Source: an uncultured Chloroflexia bacterium
GTDB taxonomy: Bacteria > Chloroflexota > Anaerolineae > Anaerolineales > RBG-16-64-43
Assembly (NCBI GenBank): GCA_963712475.1
Contig: CAVQIA010000004.1
Location: forward strand, 686,372-710,371
Direction of reading: 5' to 3'
Length of the DNA stretch: 24,000 nt
Below the pieces are notes generated by a model that did no database searches, was not told the DNA's origin, and saw only the letters and a list, made by a program, of their open reading frames with translations. Position numbers and translations under genes: made by a program. Positions 1 through 8,068 of this stretch are shown piece by piece; within the stretch, counting starts at the first letter, position 1; each line of letters starts with the position of its first letter.

Positions 1-1219
1 CATCCGGTCCGGCGGCTTGCAGGTGAGGCGGCGGAATGCTCGAGAGATCTGCGCGGAGCGGGAGCAGCTCCTGCCGGCCGACGCCGGCCTCAAAGGTCGT
101 GCTGCCCTCCGGCGATCGCTCAACGATAAACGCTGCCGGCACGCGCAGCAGGTCGCACAGCCCAGCCAGCAAGGTCTCGAGGAATTGGCGCAGGTCGGAA
201 CGCGTCAGCACCCGCTCTTCGAGCGTCTCGAGTCGGCGCAGGTCCGCCCGATCCGCCATGGATCCATAGAACAACCGCCTCTCCATGGGGACGCGGAACA
301 AGGTGATCGCGAATTGCAGCATCACGATCGTTGCCACAACAACCAGTGGCACGGCGCGCGTGTTGGGCATGCCAACCGCCCGCGCCAGCGCCCCGAAGAT
401 CACCATGACCGCGAGCGTGGTTGCAGCGACGATCGGCCCGCGCAGCAACCATTGGAACAGGCGCCCCTTGATCACCCGGTCGGTCAGGCTCACCCCGAAA
501 TATGCGGTGGCGTAGGCCATGATGACCAGCAGGAGTGCCACCAGGCTATCGCTTGCGACCACCACCAGCCAGAACAGTAGCGGGTGAACCGAAGCCGCCT
601 CGCCCGCAAAGAGCAGGAAGGGGAACGAGGCGAGCGCCGGCGCGGCGGAACCGCTGATGAGGTAGAGCATCCGGCGGCGGCTGGTCGTGGTCTGGCAGCG
701 GCGGTAGGCTCGCACCAGGTTGACGCCAGTGAGCGCGAGCAGACCGGTGAAAAAGACCGGCACGATCCAGAAGCCTGCGCCGGCTACCAAGTGAGGCTCA
801 CCGGCTGTCACCTCAACGCGCTCTACGATCAAGTCGGTGAGCGTGGCCAGGTAGATGAGAACTGCGCTGGCCAAATACATCGTGCGTACTGCCAAGCGGC
901 GCCGACCGCGCGAGGGGCGCCCGGTGCTCGCCAGCAACGCATCCGAGAAGTGCAGGTAGGCGGAAGGCAGAATCGCAGTACCTACCCATTGGATGCGCAG
1001 CCACATCTCGGCCTCCGCCAGGGTCGAGGAGGTCGAGGCCAACACCGCAGATACGGCGATCAGGGTCACGCAGGCGAGGATGACCGCGAACGCACGCGCG
1101 ACGCGGTCGCGCAGATTGAAGTTGAGGCAAAACAGAAGCAGGGAGAACGCCGTGATGGCAATCCCTGCAACCAGGATCCGGTTGAGTGTGGGGAGGACGG
1201 ATAGGAGAATGTCTACCAT
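1..1219 (-). CDS. polytopic membrane protein, probable sensor N-terminal domain (5' part of the gene; the C-terminus lies beyond the window start)
   Basis: Absent from the supplied ORF track because no stop is reached before position 1. A reverse-strand ATG at 1219..1217 opens a stop-free frame to the window edge: MVDILLSVLPTLNRILVAGIAITAFSLLLFCLNFNLRDRVARAFAVILACVTLIAVSAVLAS... It has at least seven hydrophobic segments, then a soluble region (RLETLEERVLTRSDLRQFLETLLAGLCDLLRVPAAFIVERSPEG) resembling the start of a GAF/PAS-type module. Function is inferred from architecture only. Confidence 0.55.
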   Translation of the reverse strand, partial: MVDILLSVLPTLNRILVAGIAITAFSLLLFCLNFNLRDRVARAFAVILACVTLIAVSAVLASTSSTLAEAEMWLRIQWVGTAILPSAYLHFSDALLASTGRPSRGRRRLAVRTMYLASAVLIYLATLTDLIVERVEVTAGEPHLVAGAGFWIVPVFFTGLLALTGVNLVRAYRRCQTTTSRRRMLYLISGSAAPALASFPFLLFAGEAASVHPLLFWLVVVASDSLVALLLVIMAYATAYFGVSLTDRVIKGRLFQWLLRGPIVAATTLAVMVIFGALARAVGMPNTRAVPLVVVATIVMLQFAITLFRVPMERRLFYGSMADRADLRRLETLEERVLTRSDLRQFLETLLAGLCDLLRVPAAFIVERSPEGSTTFEAGVGRQELLPLRADLSSIPPPHLQAAGPD

Positions 1220-1387
1220 TTACCGACAATAAACCGCGCGACAGGCAACAGCACCTCTCACGACGCGTTCGTAGAGGATTGTATCACCGGCATTCTGTTC
1301 GAGTGGTTGATGTCGCGCGGCCGGCCCTCAACCTCGATTTTCGCCAACGCGGACGGCAGCGGCAATTCGCGACCGACAGTCGTGCCA

Positions 1388-2045
1388 CTAGCCCAGCGGG
1401 GCGGCCAACACCTGGACCGGCACAATGCAGGCGCGTGGCGAATTACCTTCTGAATCGGTGACGATCAGGCGCAAGTGGTAAACGCCGGGAGGTACGGTGC
1501 TGCTATCCCACGTGCCCAGCACATCCTCCGTGACTGGCGTGTTCGAGGCCGCGAGCGACACCCACACGTCGCCCGCCTCCGGGTTGGAGAGTTCGTACTT
1601 GTAGAACGCGAACTGGTCGATATTTGCACTGCCTCGCAGTTCCACTTCTCCCTGAACTGCCTGGCCCGGCGTGGGCGATGTGATGTTGGCTCGCGGGTTG
1701 ACGCAGCCGCTCATATCCACGCCGAACAGCACGAAGGCGGTGGGGCTCGGCGTGGGCAGCGGCACACTGGAGCCGGTCGTTCGCACGAGTTCCGCACGTT
1801 CCAGGTTCGGCAGGGCCAGATGGACAGCCGCAAAGACCGAGCCCCCGGCGAGCGCCAATAGGACGATCGTGAGGGAGGCGCGCGTCTGTCGCGAAACGAG
1901 GGACTTCTCGTTCGAGCCCGAAGATGGTCTTGCGCATCTCGCCGCGGGCAAGGGCGATGCGGCGTAGGCTGGCCAGCACCCCAAGCGCCAGCAGCGCGTA
2001 GATGATGTACTCGAGCGGACGCAAAAAGTGAAGGAGCGCCAGCAT
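1388..2045 (-). CDS. hypothetical membrane-anchored protein, frameshifted as assembled
   Basis: Two overlapping track ORFs each look protein-like over only part of their length. ORF 1503..2045 is convincing at its N-terminus (MLALLHFLRPLEYIIYALLALGVLASLRRIALARGEMRKTIFG). ORF 1388..1984 is convincing from SNEKSLVSRQTRASLTIVLLALAGGSVFAAVHL to the C-terminus (...GEVELRGSANIDQFAFYKYELSNPEAGDVWVSL...PPGVYHLRLIVTDSEGN). Joining them needs removal of one base near 1900-1925. The span is 658 nt, and 657 nt would give 218 aa. The start lies 8 nt after the punA stop. Confidence 0.5.
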
Positions 2046-2053
2046 GCGGTCGG

Positions 2054-2889
2054 CTACAATCCGCGCAGCACGCCGCGGACCAGCCGCTCAAGCTTGGGGG
2101 CGATCACTTCCCCTGCCGCCAGAACTTCCTCGTGCGTGGTCACGCTCGTGCCATCCAGGTTGGCCTTATTGCTGATCCCCGAGAAGCCCAGCACGCGGCT
2201 GCCTCCGTGACGCGCCGCGGTGACTTCCGGAACGGTGGACATGCCCACGGCATCGGCGCCGATCATGCGCAGGAAGCGCAGGTCGGCCTGTGTCTCGAAG
2301 GCCGGTCCCGCCAGGCACACGTACACGCCCTCCCGCAAGCGGAACCCCTCCTCGTCTGCCGCCCGCCGCGCCAGGGTCATCAACTGCCGGTCATAGGCGC
2401 GGCCCATGTCGAGGAAGCGAGGTCCCAGCCGGTCGTCGTTCGGTCCGCGCAGCGGCGAGAGCCCGGCCATCCCGATCAGGTTGAGGTGGTCGGTGATCAG
2501 CATCACGTCACCAGGGTGGAACTCCGGGTTGACCCCGCCGGCCGCATTGGTGATGATGAAGGTGTCGGCCCCGGCCGCTTGCAGCGTCCGAATCGGCATG
2601 CCGATCTGCGCCATGGTGTAGCCTTCGTAGTAGTGCACCCGGCCCTGCAAGACCGCCACCGCCTTGCCCTCGAGCGTCCCGATCACCAAGCTCCCCACGT
2701 GGCCTTCCACCGTTGAGGTTGGCCACCCGGGTATCTCGCCAAACGGGATTCGGACGGGCGCTTCGATTGCCTGCGCCAGGTGTCCAAGCCCTGAGCCCAG
2801 GATCATGCCCACCTTGGGTTTGAGGGCGAGCGCCCGGCGATGACCTCAGCCGCCCGCAGATAGTCTTCTCGCGCAAAGTAATCGCTCAT
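2054..2889 (-). CDS. punA: purine nucleoside phosphorylase (trimeric PNP/MTAP family), frameshifted near the N-terminus as assembled
   Basis: Track ORF 2054..2812 carries ILGSGLG, TNAAGG and VGMSTVPE motifs typical of PunA-type PNP, but lacks about 25 N-terminal residues. An ATG at 2889 with an upstream GAAGAAG reads MSDYFAREDYLRAAEVIAGRSP and then hits a stop. Adding one C to the coding-strand CCC run (plus-strand GGG at 2824-2826) continues as LKPKVGMILGSGLG. The span is 836 nt, and 837 nt would give 278 aa. Confidence 0.85.
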
Positions 2890-3007
2890 GTATGTTCTTC
2901 TTCCATTTATGAATCGCGATTGGTGCCGGTTAGTTTACAGCAATTAGGGGTTTCCCGCGTATTCCTGCAGCCTACCGCTGCGACGGTCCGGAGGAATTCC
3001 GGGACCG

Positions 3008-4069
3008 CTACAGGATCAACATGGCGTCACCGAACGAATAGAAGCGATAACCCTGCGATTGAGCTTCGGCGTACGCATCCAGAACGCGCTCGCGACCGGC
3101 AAATGCGCTGACCATGACCAGCAACGTCGAGCGCGGCAAGTGGAAATTCGTCAGCATGCCCTGCACGACGCGAAAGCGAAAACCAGGAAGGATGTACAGG
3201 CGCGTGTCCCCTTCCCACTCAACCAGCGGCTCCGCATCCCCCTGGCGCTCGGCATGTTGCGCAGCGCTCTCGAGCACGCGCACGCTCGTCGTTCCTACCG
3301 CGATCACCCGCCCCCCTGCCAAGCGAGTCCGCTTGACGAGCTCGGCCGTTTCGCGAGAGAGACTTATCCACTCACTGTGCATGGAATGCGATTCGACGTC
3401 AGCCTCCGTGATGGGCGCGAATGTATCCAGCCCAACGTGCAGCGTGACGTAGGCCGAGGCAATACCGCGCGCCTCGAGCTCACGCAGCAACCCCGGTGTG
3501 AAATGCAGGCCGGCCGTCGGTGCGGCCGCCGATCCCGGCGAGCGGGCGTACACGGTCTGATATCGGTCGGGGTCCGTCAGAGGCTCGTGGATATATGGAG
3601 GCAGCGGCATTTCGCCGAGGCGCTCAAGCTCGGGAGTCATCGGCGAAGAGAAATGCAGGAGGCGGCGCGATACGCCCAGGTCCTTCTCGATCCGCACACG
3701 GATGGGGGCGGTTGTCGCAACAGCCGTCGTCGGCCGCCCGACCACCTCGAGCTCGACGCCCACGCGCAGGCCCTTCCCGCCAACCAGCGCTTCCCACATC
3801 TGCGCGGCTTGCCGACGCAAGAGCAGGATTTCAACCCGGCCACCCGTCCCTCGTTTGCGTGCCCACAACCGGGCGGGCAGCACACGCGTGTCGTTGAACA
3901 CAAGCAAGTCGCCTGGCTGGAGTATCTGCGGCAGGTCACGAACGTGGTGGTGGCTCAGCCCGGGTTTTGCCCGGTCGAGCAAGAGAAGCCGGGCGGCGTC
4001 GCGCGGCTCGATCGGAGTCTGGGCGATGAACGCGGGCGGCAGAGAGTAATCGAAGTCGTCGAGACGCAT
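3008..4069 (-). CDS. queA: S-adenosylmethionine:tRNA ribosyltransferase-isomerase (queuosine biosynthesis)
   Basis: Intact 353-aa ORF. The N-terminus MRLDDFDYSLPPAFIAQTPIEPRDAARLL, the PLPPYI motif and GTTSVRVLES are characteristic of QueA. Confidence 0.95.
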   Translation of the reverse strand: MRLDDFDYSLPPAFIAQTPIEPRDAARLLLLDRAKPGLSHHHVRDLPQILQPGDLLVFNDTRVLPARLWARKRGTGGRVEILLLRRQAAQMWEALVGGKGLRVGVELEVVGRPTTAVATTAPIRVRIEKDLGVSRRLLHFSSPMTPELERLGEMPLPPYIHEPLTDPDRYQTVYARSPGSAAAPTAGLHFTPGLLRELEARGIASAYVTLHVGLDTFAPITEADVESHSMHSEWISLSRETAELVKRTRLAGGRVIAVGTTSVRVLESAAQHAERQGDAEPLVEWEGDTRLYILPGFRFRVVQGMLTNFHLPRSTLLVMVSAFAGRERVLDAYAEAQSQGYRFYSFGDAMLIL

Positions 4070-4113
4070 GGGGCTAACGGCGCGAGGAGGGGACTCAGAT
4101 GCACCCGCTTCCG

Positions 4114-4356
4114 CTATCGGCGCATCCGCACAATGAGATTGAGAACGACTGTCAACACAAGCGAAAGCACAATGGACGTGGCCAGCGGGATGAAGCAGCT
4201 CACGCCGCCGATCTGGAAGCGCAGGTCACCCGGCAAGCGGCCGAGCGGGACGCCCGCGCGTCCAAGCAACCACAAGCCGCCGCCCACCGCGGTGAGGACC
4301 AGCCCGAATGCGAGCACGACCTTGGCCAACGATTGAAAATCGTTCATGTCCCACAT
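4114..4356 (-). CDS. DUF2905 family small membrane protein
   Basis: 80-aa ORF with two hydrophobic segments flanking GRLPGDLRF, the pattern of the DUF2905 family. It sits between ruvB and queA on the same strand. An alternative start exists at 4347. Confidence 0.7.
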   Translation of the reverse strand: MWDMNDFQSLAKVVLAFGLVLTAVGGGLWLLGRAGVPLGRLPGDLRFQIGGVSCFIPLATSIVLSLVLTVVLNLIVRMRR

Positions 4357-4434
4357 GTCGGTGCGCGCCAGAGGCGCGGACCATCCTAAGGTTCAGCTTC
4401 TGGGCACAATGACGCGCGCACCGCAGCCGCCGGA

Positions 4435-5457
4435 CTAGATCAGCTTGGGCTGGCCTTGCTCGGGGTAGGGGATGCTCAGATGCTCGTAGGCCAGGCGCGT
4501 GGCTACCCGCCCCTGGGGTGTGCGGTCGAGGAAGCCGAGTTGCAGGAGGTAAGGCTCGTACACGTCCATGATCGTATCCGGTTCCTCGCTGATGGAAGCA
4601 GCGATGGTGGCCAACCCTACCGGCCCGCCCGAATACTTCTCGATGATCGTCTGCAGTACGCGGCGGTCGATGTCGTCCAGCCCCAGCCCGTCGACGTTGA
4701 GGATCTCCAGCGCCCGTGCGGCCACCCCCTCGGTCACGACCCCGTCGGCGCGCACTTGGGCGTAGTCGCGAACTCGCTTGAGGAGGCGCAATGCCACTCG
4801 CGGGGTACCGCGCGAGCGGCGCGCGATCTCATTCACTCCGCCCTCATCGATGGGCACCGCCAGCCGCTCCGCGCCGCGGCGCGAGATCTCGATCAGCGCG
4901 GCCAGATCGTAATAGTCCAGGCGGAACACGGCCCCGAAGCGTGCCCGCAGCGGCGCGCTCACCAGCGCCAGGCGCGTCGTCGCGCCCACCACCGTGAAGC
5001 GCGGCAACCGAAGGCGCAAGGTGTGCGCGCTCGGGCCTTTGCCCAGCACGATATCGAGCGCGAAATCCTCCATCGCCGGGTAGAGCACTTCTTCCACGGC
5101 TCGTCCCAATCGATGGATCTCGTCGATGAACAGCACATCGGAGGCTTTGAGGTTGGTGAGGATGGCTGCCAGGTCGCCTGCGCGTTCGATGGCCGGCCCC
5201 GAGGTAATGCGGATGTTCACACCCATCTCGTGAGCCAGCACGTGCGCCAAGGTGGTCTTGCCCAGGCCAGGCGGGCCGTAGAACATCACGTGATCGAGGG
5301 GGTCGCCGCGTTCGCGCGCTGCGCCGATGAGGATGCTGAGGTTTTCTTTGAGACGGCCCTGCCCGATGACTTCCGCGAGCGTGCGGGGTCGCAGCGCCGG
5401 GTCGGTCATGTCATCCGTTGTGGGTTTGGAGGAAACGACGCGCGCCGCCTCGCTCAT
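4435..5457 (-). CDS. ruvB: Holliday junction branch migration DNA helicase RuvB
   Basis: Walker [10 protein letters not shown], Walker B/sensor FIDEIHR, and a RuvB C-terminal winged-helix region. The track ORF extends to 5601, but its first 48 aa are R/P-rich and cross the divergent promoter region. MSEAARVV at 5457 gives 340 aa, a normal RuvB length. TATAAT lies 7 nt upstream of that ATG. Confidence 0.93.
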   Translation of the reverse strand: MSEAARVVSSKPTTDDMTDPALRPRTLAEVIGQGRLKENLSILIGAARERGDPLDHVMFYGPPGLGKTTLAHVLAHEMGVNIRITSGPAIERAGDLAAILTNLKASDVLFIDEIHRLGRAVEEVLYPAMEDFALDIVLGKGPSAHTLRLRLPRFTVVGATTRLALVSAPLRARFGAVFRLDYYDLAALIEISRRGAERLAVPIDEGGVNEIARRSRGTPRVALRLLKRVRDYAQVRADGVVTEGVAARALEILNVDGLGLDDIDRRVLQTIIEKYSGGPVGLATIAASISEEPDTIMDVYEPYLLQLGFLDRTPQGRVATRLAYEHLSIPYPEQGQPKLI

Positions 5458-5464
5458 GCGGGCG

Positions 5465-5470
5465 ATTATA
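5465..5470 (-). promoter_or_regulatory. -10 box of a probable leaderless ruvB transcript
   Basis: The reverse strand reads GTATAATcgcccgcATG, so TATAAT lies 7 nt before the ruvB start. There is no Shine-Dalgarno sequence. Confidence 0.4.
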
Positions 5471-5491
5471 CTCCGCGGTGCCTCGCGACGG

Positions 5492-5497
5492 TATAAT
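5492..5497 (+). promoter_or_regulatory. -10 box candidate for upp
   Basis: Perfect TATAAT, 63 nt upstream of the upp ATG and back-to-back with the ruvB -10 box. The -35 region is weak. Confidence 0.35.
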
Positions 5498-5560
5498 ACG
5501 TGCAGCATCGCGCGCTTACGCGGCCGCATGGCGCTCACCTCCTCTCGGCAGGAGTTATCA

Positions 5561-6188
5561 ATGAATTCTGGTCTTCCCCTCACCCCACCCCCTGGTCGCA
5601 TCGAAGCTGGCCCGCCTGCGCGACAAGGACACTGAGCCCAAGAAGTTTCGCGAACTCATCCGCGAAATCTCGCTGCTCCTCATCTACGAGGCCACGCTCG
5701 ATCTGTCCACGGTGCCCGTCCAGGTCGAAACCCCGATGGGCCCGGCTTCCTGCCGGCAGGTCGCCGAGAAGATCGGCCTGATCCCGATCTTGCGCGCGGG
5801 CTTGGGGATGGTTGAAGGCGTGTGGGAGATGCTGCCCGGCGCGGAGGTCTGGCACATCGGAATCTACCGCGATGAGAAGACCCTCAAGCCGGTGCAGTAC
5901 TACAACAAGCTGCCTCTCGAGCCGCGCGTTTCGGTGTGCCTGATCCTCGACCCGATGCTGGCCACTGGCGGATCGGCCGTGGCCACGGCCGGCATCCTCA
6001 AGAACTGGGGCGTCAAGAGGATCAAGTTCGTCGGCCTGATCGGGGCGCCGGAAGGGATCGGCCGAATGCAACAGGCTCACCCGGATATCCCCATCCATTT
6101 GGCGGCGGTTGACGACCATCTCAATGACGTGGGCTACATCATCCCCGGCCTGGGCGACGCCGGCGACCGGCAGTTTGGCACCGGCTAG
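5561..6188 (+). CDS. upp: uracil phosphoribosyltransferase, frameshifted within the first ~8 codons as assembled
   Basis: The frame of track ORF 5712..6188 is open back to 5565. It encodes [37 protein letters not shown]...ILRAGLGM...DPMLATGGS...[12 protein letters not shown], a full Upp. It has no ATG/GTG/TTG before HPLV. An ATG at 5561 with AGGAG 6 nt upstream is in the adjacent frame. Removing one base between 5564 and 5586 (TT or CCCC run) joins them. The span is 628 nt, and 627 nt would give 208 aa. Confidence 0.9.
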
Positions 6189-6511
6189 CGCATTGGGGTG
6201 TGAGACGAGGCCTCAGCCCTAGTAACAACGCTACTCGCTCATCCCGAGGACCGCGCGGTGTGAGCGGTCTGGGAATGCCGACCTCGAGTCACGCGGAAGA
6301 TCTAAGCCCCGGATCCTCGCCCTAAACGAATTACGACTTGCATTTCCTCTCCCCGCATCGCGGTTGTGGCGGAGAGGCAAGCCCCGGGCGACGGCGTGTG
6401 CGCCTCTCCCGTAGGCCCACGGGAATCGATGCGGCGGGTTGTCTCCTCACCCGGTGCGCACGAGCCGCATTGCGCGAGAGACGATTTTCGGGGAGCAGCG
6501 AGGGGTATCTC

Positions 6512-6544
6512 AACGAGACGGGGGCCGATGGCCCCCGTCTCGTT
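6512..6544. terminator. strong GC-rich hairpin between convergent upp and tnaA (candidate bidirectional terminator)
   Basis: AACGAGACGGGGGCC-gat-GGCCCCCGTCTCGTT forms a perfect stem of about 15 bp. It is followed on the plus strand by GGTTTC only (a weak U-tract). On the minus strand it lies 99 nt after the tnaA stop and has no U-tract. Confidence 0.4.
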
Positions 6545-6642
6545 GGTTTCTCCTCACCCTATTCAATGGAGCCCGCCTTGAGGAACACAGTCACTCGTTG
6601 GAGAGGGAGCGGCGTAGAGGCTGGATGCATGCCCGCGGTTTG

Positions 6643-8016
6643 CTAGAGTGGCTCAAACCGGCATGTGAAGTGGCGCAACAGCGGCGGAGCATATGTAAGG
6701 CGCAACCCGCGCAACGCCTCGCGCCCTGCCCGCACGCGAGCCGCCACGCCGACCACGTAGTCGAGATGCGCCTGGGTATAGACCCGCCGCGGAAGCGCCA
6801 GCCGCACCAGTTCGAGTTCCGGGTAATGCATCGCGCCGGTGCGCGCATCCCGCCGCGCGAACATGGTCGAGCCGATCTCCACACCGCGGATTCCTCCGAG
6901 GCGGTACAACTCGACGCACAACGCCTGTCCGGGGAACTCGCCATGCGGGATGTGGGGCAGAAGCGCGCCGGCGTCGATGTAGATGGCATGGCCGCCCGGC
7001 GGTTCGACGATTGGGATCCCGGCCTCGAGCAAACGCTCGCCCAGGTATCGTGTCTGTCCCACACGGTAGGTCAGGTAATCCTCATCCAGACCCTCGAGCA
7101 GACCCACCGCCATCGCCTCCAGATCCCGACCCGCCAGCCCGCCGTAGGTGGGGAATCCTTCGCGCAGAATGAGCTCGTTACACACACGCTGGAAGACCTC
7201 GTCGTCATTCATGGCCAGGAACCCGCCGATGTTGACCAGCGCATCCTTCTTGGCCGACATGGTTGCGCCGTCTGCCAGCGCGAAGATCTCGCGCACGATG
7301 TCGCGCAATGGGCGGCCCTGTTGACCGGCCTCGCGCTCCCGGATGAAGAAGGCGTTCTCGGCGTAGCGGCAGGCATCAATATAGAAGGGAATGCCCTGAC
7401 GCCGGTAGATCGCGCTCACGCCGCGCAGGTTCTCGAGCGACACCGGCTGACCGCCGCCGGCGTTGTTGGTGATCGTGATCATGCCAAAGGGAATGTTGTT
7501 GGCGCCCACCCTTCCGATGAACTCCTGCAGGCGCTCTAAGTCCATGTTGCCCTTGAATGGATCGCGGTTCTTCGGGTCGGAGGCCTGAGCCACGACCAGG
7601 TTCTCGGGGATGCCCTCGCGGGCCAGGACATTCGCCTGAGTCGTATCGAAGTGCATGTTGCTCGGCACGAACTGCCCGGGGCGCAGCAGCACCGCGCACA
7701 GGATATTCTCCGCTGCCCGGCCTTGATGAGTCGGCACGAAGTGCCGGAAGCCGAAGATCTCGCTCATCGACTGAGAGAGGCGAAAGAAGGAACGCGCTCC
7801 AGCATAGGATTCGTCGCCGGTAAGCGCCGCGCCCCACTGACGATCGCTCATCGCCCCGGTTCCGGAATCCGTGAGCAGGTCGATGTAGACGTCCTCCGCG
7901 TGCAGGGCGAAGACGTTGAACCCGGCCTCGCGCAACGCGCGCTCACGATCCTCTTGTGTGACACGCCGAAGGGGCTCGACCATCTTGATGCGAAATGGCT
8001 CGGGGGGATATTCCAT
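6643..8016 (-). CDS. tnaA: tryptophanase (beta-eliminating PLP lyase, TnaA/Tpl family)
   Basis: 457-aa ORF with EPFRIK, DLLTDSGTGAMS, PTHQGRAAE, the PLP-lysine motif MSAKKD and GFPTYGGLAGRD. The residues that separate TnaA from tyrosine phenol-lyase are TnaA-type: FDTTQ (Asp rather than Thr) and LRHFT (His rather than Phe). AGGAGG lies 5 nt upstream of the ATG. Confidence 0.85.
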   Translation of the reverse strand: MEYPPEPFRIKMVEPLRRVTQEDRERALREAGFNVFALHAEDVYIDLLTDSGTGAMSDRQWGAALTGDESYAGARSFFRLSQSMSEIFGFRHFVPTHQGRAAENILCAVLLRPGQFVPSNMHFDTTQANVLAREGIPENLVVAQASDPKNRDPFKGNMDLERLQEFIGRVGANNIPFGMITITNNAGGGQPVSLENLRGVSAIYRRQGIPFYIDACRYAENAFFIREREAGQQGRPLRDIVREIFALADGATMSAKKDALVNIGGFLAMNDDEVFQRVCNELILREGFPTYGGLAGRDLEAMAVGLLEGLDEDYLTYRVGQTRYLGERLLEAGIPIVEPPGGHAIYIDAGALLPHIPHGEFPGQALCVELYRLGGIRGVEIGSTMFARRDARTGAMHYPELELVRLALPRRVYTQAHLDYVVGVAARVRAGREALRGLRLTYAPPLLRHFTCRFEPL

Positions 8017-8068
8017 GGGCCTCCTGCAATGGCTGCCCGCGAGTGTAGCACAGGCAGTGAGAGGTCAC

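Noticed and set aside
3059-4336. 425-aa plus-strand ORF, and similar long ORFs at 4456-5496, 6439-7539, 12924-14114, 14461-15768 and 16828-17829
   Set aside because: Each is antisense to a gene with unmistakable conserved motifs (queA, ruvB, tnaA, SLC13, uvrA). All are Arg/Gly/Pro/His-rich low-complexity translations without starts supported by an RBS.
5539-5554. Hairpin CTCCT-ctcggc-AGGAG sequestering the upp RBS (possible PyrR-type attenuator)
   Set aside because: The stem is only 5 bp. There is no PyrR binding-loop consensus and no terminator/antiterminator alternative.
4435-5601. N-terminal extensions of track ORFs (ruvB to 5601, uppP to 11228, tgt to 12708, lipoprotein to 10665, hypothetical from 7916)
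   Set aside because: The extensions run through the neighbouring gene or promoter region in another frame and are compositionally aberrant. Internal Met codons give family-typical lengths and N-termini.
6196-6560. Possible tmRNA (begins GGGGTGTGA, contains AACAACGCTAC reminiscent of a tag-coding region)
   Set aside because: There is no T-arm (GGTTCGAnTCC), no 3' acceptor complement ending in CCA, and no frame gives a tag peptide ending in a hydrophobic ..LAA-like tail followed by a stop.
6486-6560. Resemblance of TTTTCGGGGAGCAGCG to the GGGGAGTAG core of the yybP-ykoY (Mn2+) riboswitch
   Set aside because: It is a single short imperfect match without the partner GAGACA/UAC-type element. No plus-strand gene lies downstream to be regulated, because the next gene is convergent.
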